Source: Pseudovirgaria hyperparasitica
Taxonomy: Eukaryota
Strand: one strand, 5' to 3'
Length of the DNA: 64,000 nucleotides
NCBI GenBank assembly: GCA_010093815.1
Contig: ML996565.1
Below, piece after piece: positions 26,399 through 38,922 of the stretch. The notes under the pieces were generated by a model. That model saw only the letters and a program-made list of their open reading frames with translations. It was not told the DNA's origin and made no database searches. The stretch's first letter is position 1, and the number at the start of each line of letters is the position of its first letter. The position numbers and the translations under genes were made by a program.

Positions 26399-26984
26399 AT
26401 GAAGATTGTCATCAAGCAATACGACTCTGCATGGGCACAGGAGTTCAAGAAGCATAAATTGTCTCTCGAGTGGGCCCTGGAGAATGTTTCGTATCTCTCA
26501 ATCGAGCATGTGGGCAGTACGTCAATCCCAAGGCCTGTGCGCCAAACTGGTCATTGGAGACGTCGACATCATATTAAAGCCGTCGTCCTTCGACGCAGCT
26601 CATACAGCCCTCTGTGAGAGCTGGTTATATAGACCTGGGTGAAATGGATGTCACAGAGGGGTTCGTATGTCGACAATCTGGCGTTGGCAAAGACCAGCCT
26701 GCGACTGGAGAGTGAAGCCCGGACGGCAATCTGAGACGCAACACCTATTTAATGATTGATGGGTGTACGTCATTGCGGAACCACTTGAATCTTAGGAGAA
26801 TACTACTCCAGAATGTTACATAGAGAGAGGAGTCCGGCTCTTTCAAGCGGTCCCTGGCTGGCATAAATTCCAAAGGAGACACTGTGGGATTGACTCATAT
26901 ACGCACGCGAGGAATATGGTCATGCGCAAGATCTTGAGGCAAGCAGACTGTAAGGACCAGGGTGTGGCTGAATTTCCATCCTGA
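26399..26984 (+). pseudogene. GrpB/UPF0157-family nucleotidyltransferase-like pseudogene
   Basis: YDSAWAQEF...IEHVGSTSIP, a +1 frameshift near 26530, then GLCAKLVIGDVDI, an in-frame TGA at 26640, and later RRNTYLMIDGCTSLRNHLNLRRILL with further stops. Confidence 0.8.
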
Positions 26985-27362
26985 TGACATATATCACATA
27001 CATGCTCTATCAGGTTAGGCTGTACTTATCCCTATGGGGCATGGATTGGAACAGTCACTATCTTGTGGTTGTGTCTGAATCATAGAGTAGTGTGTGTGAC
27101 TCGTAGCAGATGTATAGTGTGCCAGGTGAGCGTCTTTTGTTAAATTTCACAGTTGTTCCTGATCACTCTGCGCATGTTCACTGTTGTTCTCCGCATACCA
27201 ATAACAGAAATAGACCCTTGAGTGCACAAACAAGGCCCCACTAAATACTTGACGCGCCACGCCAAACCACCTCTTAGCAACACCACCACTCAGCTTGCTC
27301 CCAACTGTTCAACCTGCAAATATCTTGTTCCTTCCAGCTACCGTAACCACTTCGCATACATC

Positions 27363-28361
27363 ATGTCTGACTCGCCTACAAGCAATCCCGATGAGGCCGA
27401 CCAGTCCAAGAAGATCGCATTCCGTTTCTGCTCCGAGTGGTGAGTAATTGGTCGCGGCGCAACGCGTGCTTCTTCCTCAAGATCTGCCGAATTTGCTAAC
27501 TTTCTATCCAGCTCCAACTTGCTCTACCCAAAAGAGGACAAGATAAACGCCAGGCTCATGTTCGCCTGCCGTACCTGCCAATATGCCACCGAAGCCCTCA
27601 CTCCCATGGTGACCCGCAAGGAAGTCAGCAGCTCTGCTGGCGACACTGCTGGTCTGACGGATGATATTGGTCAAGATCCAACGGTTAGTGAAGACCCTGA
27701 GTCCGACGATGAATATTTCATGAACGACGATGGCGCCACTATCCGTGGAATCTGTACCATGTGTGGCAATGTGATCTTCTGTGAGATCTGCGGGCAGCAG
27801 AGCGACTGTGGCCTTGTCCTCGAGGTTGAAGATCAAGAATGCTCTACGTCAACTCATGCTCATCCTCGTTACGAACGGGAGCTCACGCCTACGAGCATGA
27901 GTGATCGTGACACCACTGCTCTCCCGCAGGCTCCAGCTGCTGGTAAAGAGCAGGATGAGCCAGTCTGCTCTGCGAGCAGCGTCCCGAGCTGCACCTGAGC
28001 TGCAATCACTGTATCGTCCACATCCAGCAACTGCTTTATCAAGCCTACTGTCTTTGTAGTAGATGAACTCTGCTCAGAATGTTCGGCTAACATCCGGTTT
28101 TGTCTGATCTAGCTGCCCCGAGTCGAAAAGCTTTGTCCCAAATGCGGCGAGAACGAAGCTGTCTTTTTCCAATCGCAGCAGCGGTCCAGCGAAACGGGAA
28201 TGGTGAGCTCATAATTTCTTCGTATGGTTGTCATGACGAGAGATTTTTATACTATATCTACCCCCTTGATCTGCGTCTTTCGCTCACAATCATAGAAATT
28301 ATACTACGTATGTTGCACATGTGGGCAAGTATGGCAAGATGCCACGCCTGCTAAACGATAG
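27363..28361 (+). CDS. RPB9: RNA polymerase II subunit Rpb9
   Basis: Exons 27363-27439, 27512-27683, 28113-28202 and 28296-28361 give 134 aa: N-ribbon FCSECSNLLYPKE...FACRTC, linker DPT|LPR, C-ribbon CPKCGENEAVFFQSQQRSSETGM|KLYYVCCTC. Confidence 0.95.
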
Positions 28362-28660
28362 CCATATTACGAGGTTCGGTTCTAAAAACGCACATGTAAA
28401 AAGGTGTCAAGGGTTTCGAGGAACACTGGGAAATCGGCATCAACCTGGAGTTTGGAGTCAAACACATCTGCACTTTGGAGAAATCATGGGCCCTGGTTGG
28501 CTAGGAGTTAGTTTACGCTGCAAATACCCGAAAATGATGGAGATTGTTGATACAATTCTATATACAAAATGTTCTGACCCCGGTGCAAAACCAGCCGTGA
28601 TTTTGATATTGCTTGCTCGCGCCTAACAACTATGCTATCATCCCCGTGGATGTCTTCCCA

Positions 28661-29157
28661 TTATACGTGCATTGGTGCTAGCGAAAGAATCTTAGACCAC
28701 CGCGTTTTCGCCAACTCTCTTCCTACGACACCTGTTCACACGTTAGCTTTATTCTAACAAGCCCATGAGCCATGCTCTATAATTCTTCTCCACTCCACCC
28801 TATGCCCTTCAGAGAATGTTCAAACTCACCAGTAGCCCTCGAGCCAATCGGCTCCGCCGCCTTGTTGATCAGAATACACGCATTGTCATCGAACCGCACC
28901 ACACTGCCATCCGGCCGCTGCAGCTTCTTCTTCGTCCGCACCACCACGGCGTGTCTGATGTCTCCGCGCTTGACCTTGTGCGGCGCATTACTCGAGCCCT
29001 GCTTGTCTGCCTTGTAGTTCCTCTGCTCCTGCACGACAACGATTATGCGGTCTCCGATGGTTGCGCCGGCTTTGCTTGACTTGAGGGTTGCGATGCATTC
29101 TGCGATGGCGCCGCCGGAGTTGTCGAGGACGTTGAGGAGGGTTTTGAGCTGGATCAT
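28661..29157 (-). CDS. MRPL38: Mitochondrial ribosomal protein uL14m
   Basis: MIQLKTLLNVLDNSG...KRGDIRHAVVVRTKK...DGSVVRFDDNACILIN...PIGSR. One GTGAGT intron; last exon VVGRELAKTRWSKILSLAPMHV*. Confidence 0.93.
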
Positions 29158-29472
29158 GGCGAGGATGGAGGTGGAGGATCCCGGTTGAGGGATGCCCCAA
29201 GGAGGCTCAAGGGAGGAGAACGGGGAAGATGGAGAGTGAGGTCGTCGTAGGTAGGTTGTCGTCGTCGCGTTGTGGTTGAAGTTGAATGTAATTCGAAACG
29301 AACATTTGAGCACGGTTTGATACGATCTGATATCGGTGATTTCTCGGATCTCCGCCCGTCACCGAACCGAGGCCTGATTCATGGCACGATGCTCCTAAAG
29401 CTCTAATCTATATCATGCATCAGCATTGTTTTTGTTCTACTCATCCTCTTGTGCAGTCGACAGAAACACACA

Positions 29473-31772
29473 ATGCCTGCAGATAGGCTCTTGTCGACCC
29501 TCCTCAGGTCACTTCAGACCTATACCGACCAGCAAGACACACCACGGTATACACTTCCAGCTACTTTGAGAGCGCAAACACTAACACTCAGCCAGACTTC
29601 TTTCCACCGCCGCACACCTCCTGGCCACTCTTTCGAACCCTCATAACATCTCTCTCCTCACCTCACAGCTCCTGACAGCCCCAGCTCTATGGACGCACCC
29701 CACCGGTCTCGAGACCTGCCTCCGCATCCTCTCCGTCTTCCACTCGGCAGCCGGCATCCTAGTCCGACACCACAACAACATCCAAACTGGCGAAACACCG
29801 ACCTCGATCCCAGGTCAGATATCGCATTTAAGCCTTGACGACTGGGCGCGCGCAGTAGTGCGTGGTGCGGACGAGCGGAGTGCGCGATGGAAGCATCTAC
29901 TTGTGCTCGGCGGACTCTTGATAGGTCTGGGCAACGGAGACGATTTTGAGATTGCAAAGGGCATTCGGGGAACGATAGAGGGTGCCTTGGTGCGGGCTGT
30001 GAACCTATCGTTGGTGGAGCGGGATGATTTCGGGGTCTTGACGGTTGCGTTGGTGACGAATCATGCGTTTCCGCTGATAGGGGATCTCGAGAGGGCGCAG
30101 TTGGATTATGATGTGAGTGGGCCGATCTTGGCTGATGATGGGCCATGCATGAGTGTGTTTGGAGTGCTGATGATGGGCAGAAACTACTACCAGTGTTGTT
30201 GGGCGCAGCATTCTTCTCTAGTGAGGGTTACCAGTCGGCATACTTCCTAGGCCCGATCGATCCGGACGTCGTTGAGGTGCCCAATGCAAGGAGATTCAAT
30301 TGGCTGGTATGTATCAGATGTCACTACATTCGTTCATTTCTGACTATTCTAGGCTTCTTCCCCGTCTTTCGTCCAAATCGAAAAGACATTGTCCCGACCC
30401 CTGGTTTCGGCCATGGGACCATTATCACGATTGATAGCTCATGCTGTCGAAAATGTCCACAACCCATGGCTTGTTCAGACTCTGATGGAAGACTTTGTTA
30501 GATTCTCCCAAATATTGTTAAAGCAGTGGAGAAACACCAAGCTTTCACAGATTGATACTTCCGAAGAAGCTGCATTCTTGCATGAGGATGCTTTAAAGTC
30601 CACCATCCCACAGTTGTGGAAGCTACTTCGGTCGTCTCTTTTCGCTACGACGATCGTGCTCAGAAGCGTACTCGGCAGAATACTAGGTGATGGTCATTTA
30701 GCTTCAGACTCGGGTATGTTGCACGGGGCATAAGACTTGAAGAGTAAACAGGCACTAACAGCTACCAGTCGCCCCTGTCCTGGCAACACAAACCCTCCAC
30801 ATTCTCCGTAACTTGTACTTTGTCTCCTCACGCCTCGGCGCTAATTCCTTCTCGCAATATACATTCACCTACCTTACGGCCATGGACATCCTCGCCCAGT
30901 ACCCCCACGTGGCAGACTCCTTTACTAAAGAGATCCGCCCCCTAGAACTCGGCCAGATTCCCAAAAATCCTCTTGACCGCACCCTCGACCTCTTCTTCCT
31001 CAACACCTCGGAGCACTTCACACTCATCCTTCCTTCGCAAACAAACGAGGAGCTTCTGGTCGCAGCCGCAACACCTTATCTGGCGGCCGGCGGGAACCGC
31101 AACCTTCTACCTATCTTCGAAGCCGCACACAGCGTCATGCTCGCTGTGCTATCGGCCCCTCAGTCAGCGCAAATCACGGCGAAACACCTCCCGTTCTACG
31201 TTGATGCACTATTCAAAGTCTTCCCTGAATCCCTCTCACCCCGCCAATTCCGTGTTGCCTTCAAAACGCTACTACGCGTCACAGCACCACCAAGTCCTCT
31301 ATCCGCAACACAGCCAGACCTACCCGCTATCCTCCTAGAGCTCATCCACGAACGCGCGCTCCACGCACCCACACAGCCCCTGCCCGACGACATCGCATCG
31401 CCCACGCCCGAACGTGCAGACGAAGGGAACGCCATGCCCCCTCTCTCCGAACAATCAATCTTGATAATGACACTCCTGGACAGTCTCCCGTTCCTGCCCA
31501 TCCCTCTTCTCGAGGAGTGGCTCCCTCTCTGCGCCGACCTCGTCAACACAGTTGGCGACAAAGCTATGCGGGACGTCTGTCGGAACAGGTTCTGGGAAGT
31601 CTTGATTAGCGGCGAGATGGATCCTGAGCGCAGCCAGACTTGTGTTGCGTGGTGGGGCACGATGGGCGGAAGGGAGAGGCTTTTGTATGGGGATCGTGGT
31701 GGGGAGGAGAACGGGCCGTTTATGAGTGGTGCGTTGCAGGATGGGCCTGGGTCGAGGGAGAGTAAGCTTTGA
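29473..31772 (+). CDS. PEX8: Peroxin Pex8
   Basis: N-terminus MPADRLLSTLLRSLQ; LSNPHNISLLTSQLLTAPALW; RTLDLFFLNTSEHF; four GT-AG introns; C-terminal PTS1 SKL. Confidence 0.9.
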
Positions 31773-32592
31773 TGGGGATGGTGTTCTTGATGTGCATCGT
31801 CTGTCTGGGCTGGAGAGTGGTCTAGGAATGCTTGGATATGTGCGTAGGATTGGCACAGCGGCTTCGAACGGACGACATCCTCGTATCATGCTAGTCTGCG
31901 CAAGCAAACCTGCAGCGCCTCGACTGGAACCTTGCACATCGATATTCGCTTTTGCCGTTATCGAACTGCCCGAGATCTCTTCCACGCATCACTACCATTC
32001 CGGCGTTCGGAATTGGTTTTTTGTCCCACTGGCAAACGTCCCGCTCGCAATACTGGCCGATCGCATTTCTCTGGTCAACGCTCTTGTATCTGCGCTAAGA
32101 CGTACCTCCATGCAGCACCGCAGCTGTCCAACGGCAACCGTGCCAGGCACCACTAATAGCCCGCACCTAGGCCTCAATCGCCGAAGTATACCACCGCACA
32201 TCCGGATTCGAAAGGCAGTCAAACACGTACTTATAAGTACCCCAAAAGCAGCGTTGTTGGGAGAATGGCTGTTCAATAGCGCCGTCTCGACGGACGGGCA
32301 AGCAACTCGAGGACTCGACATGTCAACTCGTCTGCCTTGTCGGACTTATCTATTCGCTCCCGCTGATGCATCGTCTTTCCTCCTCGCCTGCGCGGAGAAC
32401 GTACCTGCCAGGGCACGCAACCTATAATGAACGAAGATGTTGCGCGTGTAGATCAGGTGCTGTGGTATGAACATATTATTACTGCCGCGACTAGATAAGC
32501 TGGAGTTTGAAGCCGAGGTCGAAGTCCGAAACAGGGGTTAGGCTTGATCGTGATTGATTTCTGCTGTGCTCGTTGGTGAGATGTACGGAGCT

Positions 32593-32671
32593 GGGGGAAG
32601 GGAAGGGAAGGAAAGGGAAGAGAAGGGAAGGGAAGGGAAGGGAAGGAAAGAAAAGGAAAGAAATGGAAAGG
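32593..32671. repeat. (GGGAA)n-type purine microsatellite
   Basis: ggggaagggaagggaaggaaagggaagagaagggaagggaagggaag... Confidence 0.85.
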
Positions 32672-32969
32672 CGCACTGCTACATAAATTGGCTTCTAGCT
32701 TGTTCTTGGAAATATGAACTTTGTAGCCTGTAGGCGTCGAGCCATGTCTGTTGCAATGATACACAATCCATAGCATCCAAAACCCAAGCTTTCAAAAACC
32801 CCACACGTTCCGTCCACACTCGCTTTCTCCACCCCCACTCCTTCCACCTTTCCCTTCCCGCGCATCCATCTCTCCTACACAAACAAACCCCCAAAAATTC
32901 CCCCAGAATCACATTTTCAATATGTTTCAAAGTTGATAGGCATTCTTGCGAAATTGTCACTCGTTGCCA

Positions 32970-33041
32970 AGTCCAATGGTCTAGTGGTATGACGTTCGCT
33001 TCACACGCGAAAGGTCCTGGGTTCGATCCCCTGTTGGACTA
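32970..33041 (+). tRNA. tRNA-Val(CAC), intronless
   Basis: Acceptor AGTCCAA/TTGGACT plus discriminator A; A-box TGGTCTAGTGG; anticodon arm TTCGC-TTCACAC-GCGAA; T-loop GTTCGATC; T-rich terminator downstream. Confidence 0.92.
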
Positions 33042-33515
33042 TTTGTTTTAGTTTTTGGCTTTCTATCAGTTCAATATGTGTGTGGATCGCTCGTGTAGTG
33101 TTATGTTTGAGTATTTTTTTTGGATAGTTGGTGTTATAAGATGGATGGAAAGAGTGTGCATATGGATGGCGGGGTGAGTGTTCGTTCGTGGGTGCGGGGA
33201 CGGAGGTGCGACTTGAAATGCTTATAAGCAATTGGACGCGAAGTGCATGCGAGTTGTAGCTTTCGTTCATGAACACTGCATGCTTTGAATTGTACGTCAA
33301 GACAAGTCGTGCGGATGATGGACTTCATAGAAGCATTACATGGCTGTCGCAATGATCAAATGTCCGCATGTGATATGTCATTCCTCGAGACCTTCAAAAG
33401 TTTGTCTTATATATAAGTATTGTTCGTAGATGCTACGCTACCTACAAGTCCGCTGAATCGCTGGAAATATCTCCCACCAAAAGAACATCTACAAGCATTT
33501 CCCCCCAGCACGACG

Positions 33516-34671
33516 TCAATGCCGTTTCTTTGTCCACGCCTTGACAAACTCTTCTTTCTCCTTGACGCCCAACCCAACTCTCTTCACCCGCCCCAGCCGC
33601 GCGAGGTCCTCTCCGATGCGGTCCAGCACTTTTCGTTCGTCTGCATTCAGCCCGTCGATGCCCAGCTCCTCTGAGCCGACTAATGTTTCCGAACTGCTTG
33701 CTTTGTCGCCCAGGTTAAGGCCGTCAAAGAAGTTAGTATCAATAGAATTAGGTTTCAACTGCGGAGGGCGCACACCATTTGAGGGGGATTTGGATGTGTT
33801 GTAGACACACTCTGCGATACGGGTCCGGATGCAGTGGGTTGGTTTCGAGCAGAGATTCCACAAGAATGATAAATATGTGCCAGGGAGAGGGGTCGCGACA
33901 TCGCCGGGTGTGTAGCGAAGGTTAAGTGGGAAGATCTTTGTGTTTGGTGGTGCGGTCAGGAGAGACGGACTGAAAGGGAGGATTCCGCGGCCGTTCGTTG
34001 TGGTGCATTCTGGAAAGACGACGATTGGAGAGTCGGGATTTTCCTTCAGTAGCGTGGCCAGGTCTGTAAGGCGAGCTTTGGGTGGCGGACTCATTTCTGG
34101 ACTGGAGAATGCTCGTATCATGGCTTGAGCCAAGGAAATACGCTGTACTTTGAGAGTATTCGGCCAGGACACGGTGAAGACTGGATCGAATATAGCGGCC
34201 AAGTATAGGCAGTCTAGAGGGGACGTGTACGACGATGCGATGATAGTCCGAGGACCGGGAAGTCGGTTTGCAGGTGCTTTTCCCAGTTGCCTTGAGCCGT
34301 AAGCAAACAGCCCATATATAATCAGTCCATGGTTCTTACCCTCTCCTCACTCCGTCAATCTGCAGGTCAATCCACCATATGCCTGGTATTCCAATCATGA
34401 CCCATAGTATTCCTTTCTTGAGCAGCGAGCCCAACGGGAGCCAGCTAAGGGCAAAGTAGTAGAGGATGAATGTTGCAAGCAACAGAGGCACGCGGACGAG
34501 GAAGAGGAAGATATGGAAGGGCAAGGCTATACCAGAGGACTCGGTCGGCACAGGGAAGAATGGAGCGATTCCCGAACCTGGATTCGATAAGAGTGTTAGC
34601 ATGTCTGCATGTTCCCACTGCCTCATACCCTGGCACGTACCTCTGTCGCGGTATTGTGAGAACTTCTCCAT
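33516..34671 (-). CDS. LOA1: Lysophosphatidic acid acyltransferase Loa1/Vps66-like
   Basis: MEKFSQYRDRG|SGIAPFFP, GIWWIDLQIDGVRRG, SSYTSPLDCLYLAAIFDP, and the acyltransferase motif VFPECTTTNGRGIL; two introns. Confidence 0.88.
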
Positions 34672-35158
34672 TTTTGCAAGTATAATGCGGTACGATCCTA
34701 GAAAGCCATCCACGTGGTGTTAAAGACACTACCTCATGATATTCCGCACTCAAGAGTGCCTGTTTGAGATGGTAAGCGAGTGGCTTAAAAAGGTCCGCAT
34801 GCTAACGTAGATCCGGGAAGATAAGTGAGCAGATATAAAGATGACGCCCGGGGAGGGAATAACTTGGCCCTGCATGTGATCGCTGCCAAACTGCGCCACA
34901 GATGCGTGGGATGGAGACCGCCGACGCCACTATCAACAGCCACACCCCACTAGCCACACCTTCACACTTGCAGCTAGTATGCCAAGCCACACGAGTAAAC
35001 AACCTCGTGTTTACACTCTCCAGAGCTCCATTTCACGGCGTCCCCTCCATCACGCACGACCCAACGCGGCCTTCGACTGATGATGAGGTGATACTTAATT
35101 TGCATCGCATTGTTGCCCAGCATTCCTTTCACATTGTCCTGCTCAATCTTTTGCGAAC

Positions 35159-38100
35159 ATGGAAACTAACGAGAATATGGTGAGCCGCGGACACTCCTGC
35201 CAGATCACCTATGGTCGAAACCGAACCACACCCGCGAACTTGTGTACTGACATCCTCACTCATAGCGACTCGCCGGCTCTCGGCTCCGGCAGCCAACCAC
35301 CAAGATTCCTCTGAGCCCGAATAGGAGCCTCATGGAAATGTCGTCGTCTGAATCAAATACGCGGTCTCAGATGCCGCCGCCGCAACCGCATTTCCAAGGC
35401 ACGAAACACAAGCCCCCTGGTAGTAAGATTCGAAAAAACCCGTCGCGTCATAAAGACATTCTGACCCATATAGTGGCCGAGCCACCAGCGAAACGAGAAA
35501 CATTAGCAGACCGCGCCGGTCGCCCTGTTCAAGCGAGTCATATTGCACCCCCGAGTACCAGAGGTCTGAATGACAGCATACGATCATCTGCAAACAGCTA
35601 TCGCGGCCCACCTCCCTCCGCTCACTCACGTTCGGTCTCGGCGGCATCTTCTCGCATGACTTCAGGCAGCTCGTCTTTTTCTAGCAGTGTTGGCTATGGT
35701 TCGCGGCCGCCATCTAGCCTCCGCTCCAGTCGACCCCAGAACCATTTATCACACAGCCGAAGTCAATCTCATACGTCTCATAATAACTTCAGACCAGGAA
35801 GCTCGTCAAGCAATTACACCCAGCACAATGGATCGTTCGCGCCGGCCAACAAAGGTACATATCCGATTTCACTATCTTTCAACCCGCCAGTCCTGCAGCC
35901 GAAACAACGAGCTGTCAGCGACAACCGGGAATATATCTACTATAAAAATCCACGACAAACAAGTGTTCCTTCTCAACCTCTTACGACCCAAGCACTCTTG
36001 CAATCACAGTCATGTATTTCTCTTCGTTCCGCTTTTCAGGGTCTCAAAATCGACCCATTTTCTTACGAGTCAATTCAAGAGGAGGATCTTTCTGAGCATG
36101 AAGCTCGCAATGCTGAGGCAACCCCGTCAAAGATTCCTCGTCTTCGAACTTCTATCAATTATTCTCTTTCTGGTCAATCGCCTTCACCGAAAAAGACGCC
36201 AAGTCTGAGAAAGTGTCGCTCTGCTTCGCCTCTCAAGCCAGTGTTCTTGACCAAAGATTCTAACAGACCTGTGCCAGCTTTCGAACCCGATCTCGAGATG
36301 GACTCGACGTGGACGAAGCAATTCGAACATATTAAAGATACGATATCGAAACACAACGCCGGCGAAGAGGATAGGAAGGAAGTGATCCGACTCTACAAAA
36401 CGAGAAGTAGGTTGTTGATATATTGGCGCGAATATCCGACGAATGTTGCTAGATGGTTGTGTGAGCTGACTTTCATGTTGTATAGTTGCCGAGCTGGAGA
36501 CCTCAAGGACTGAACTGTCATCGGCCAACACTAAACTCACAGAGAGCTTGCACGAACTTAAGGGTGAATTACTGACGGCGAATCACGAACTCAATGGCGC
36601 GAAGAGGAGTCACTCATTCGACATGGATGATTTACGGCGGAGAACAGAGCGTGAGGTTGAAGCTCTGAATGAGAAATTCCAACGAGAGCTGCGGCTTGAG
36701 AAGGAACGCACCGAGAAAGTTGCAGAAAAGGTGACGAAAGATTTCGAGGAGCAGCTTGAGCATATGGAGAAAGCGCACAAAGAGCTTTTGCATGACCAGG
36801 AACGCCAAATCCGCGGCGAACTCGAAGAGGAAAGAAATAAACGGAGCAGAGAAATCCAGGAGCTTGCTGCGCAAAGCACACTGCGACTGCAAGAAACCAG
36901 CCAAGATCTTGAACGAAAAGCCAGGGAAGCAGACGATGTCCGCAGAGAGCGAGATGAGACTGCTGCGGCCCTCCAGCGAGAGAAGAGTCTCCGAACAAGC
37001 CTTGAAGACAAATTGACAGAAGCATCTGCCAATAATATGACATTGGAGACAGCGAACCGGGCAATGAAGGCAAAGATTGACTTTTTAGAATCTGACAATC
37101 AGGCCCAGTCGAACTCCTTCGCAGACTTGCACCGACTGAAACAAGAAGCCGAGGAAGCCATGAATGTAGCTCTTGAAAAGCTACGAACCGAGGAAACCTT
37201 ACGTCGGAAGCTCCATAACCAAGTCCAAGAGTTGAAAGGGAACATTCGTGTAATGTGTCGAGTACGGCCAGCTTCAGATTCGGAAGCCGAAGATGCTGCT
37301 AAGATCGCATTCCCCGATGCCGAGCTGGACTGTAAGGAGGTCACAGTGCAAGGACCGGAAAAGACCAGCGCTCTCGGAGTTGTGACCACGTCCAATAATG
37401 CATTCTCCTTCGATCGAGTCTTTGCACCTGCGTCGCATAACGCTGAGATATTCGAAGAGATCAGTCAGCTGGTTCAGAGTGCCTTGGACGGATACAACGT
37501 ATGCATCTTTTGTTACGGCCAAACAGGATCCGGAAAGACGTTCACCATGTCCAGTGTCGACGGTATGATCCCACGCGCAACGGCACAGATATACTCTGAG
37601 GCTCAGCGACTGGCTGAGAAGGGCTGGACATACAAGATGGAAGGCTCATTCGTCGAAGTCTACAACGAAAACTTGAACGACCTTCTTGGCAAGGCCGAAG
37701 AACTCGACAAGAAGAAGCTTGAAATACGGCACGATCTTCAGAAGAAGACAACGACCATCACAGACATCACAACCGTAGAGCTTGATTCTGCGGACAGAGT
37801 CGAAGAGATAATGCAACGTGCAGCTGCAAACCGCACTGTAGCAGCCACCAAAGCGAACAGTCGATCTTCGCGTAGTCATTCTGTCTTCATTCTGAAGCTC
37901 ATCGGAGAGAACAGTATGACAGGTGAGAGATCCGAGGGAACGCTCAACCTCGTGGATCTTGCGGGTAGCGAACGACTTGCACACTCACAGGCCGCCGGGG
38001 ACCGACTCAAGGAAACGCAAAACATCAACAAGAGCTTGAGTTGTCTCGGAGATGTCATTGGTGCCCTAGGGCAGGGTAAAGAGGGCACGCATATTCCATA

Positions 38101-38393
38101 CCGGAACAGCAAAGTAAGTCGCTCCTCAAACCAAACCTTCAAGACCAATGCTGACTCTTCTTAGCTGACGTACCTTTTGCAAAACTCTCTTGGCGGGAAT
38201 TCCAAGACTCTTATGTTTGTAATGATATCGCCGCTTCAGGCCCATTTGTCTGAGACGCTCACGAGTCTGAAGTTTGCCACCAAGGTACGTGTAACTTGTC
38301 GACTTCTCTGTTTACGCATCACTAATCGATCTATGACAGGTACACAATACGCACATTGGTACAGCAAAGAAACAGTCCAAAGTAAAGGAATGA
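35159..38393 (+). CDS. klpA: Kinesin-14 (C-terminal motor; KlpA/Kar3 orthologue)
   Basis: S/P/R-rich tail, coiled coil, neck [18 protein letters not shown]-loop GQTGSGKT, switch I NSRSSRSH, switch [33 protein letters not shown]; ends [17 protein letters not shown]. Confidence 0.95.
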
Positions 38394-38922
38394 TGACGAC
38401 ATCTTGCAAAGCGATGCAGTGCGCCCTTTGGCTACCTTTTGTTTTTAAAGTGTACCTGATAGCTATGTCTTTGCGTTGCGTGCAAAGTCCAATCCGTTGT
38501 TTTTTCCGAGTCACGTTGCATAGAGGCGTTTTGGGGCCAGTGAATTGGCATGGAGTATGACTGTTGTCTGATATTGCATACATGAGAGTTCAACTCTCCA
38601 ATTTAGCGCATACTGCGCGTGAATCTACTCTTTGTCATAAAATGCCTGTGACCGGGACGTCTCGTCTCATCCTCGAGAGAGTAATGCCTGACTGCCTGAG
38701 GCTTCACTATGACGGGATCCGGGCTGGTTGCCTGGCAGCAACGACGCTAATTCCCAAAACAGGTAATCGTCTACACTACACTTAACTGCATTGCGCGATT
38801 CCGATTCACTCGCCATACTTACTACAAGGGGATATACCACGCCTTTATTCTGTTGTAAATACATTCTTTCTCAGATTGCTACCCACCTTATCTCATCTGG
38901 CGTATATGCGCCCGGCGGAATC

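Noticed and set aside
31726..32427. 233-aa ORF overlapping the PEX8 3' end
   Set aside because: No motifs or coding-like composition; likely UTR or intergenic
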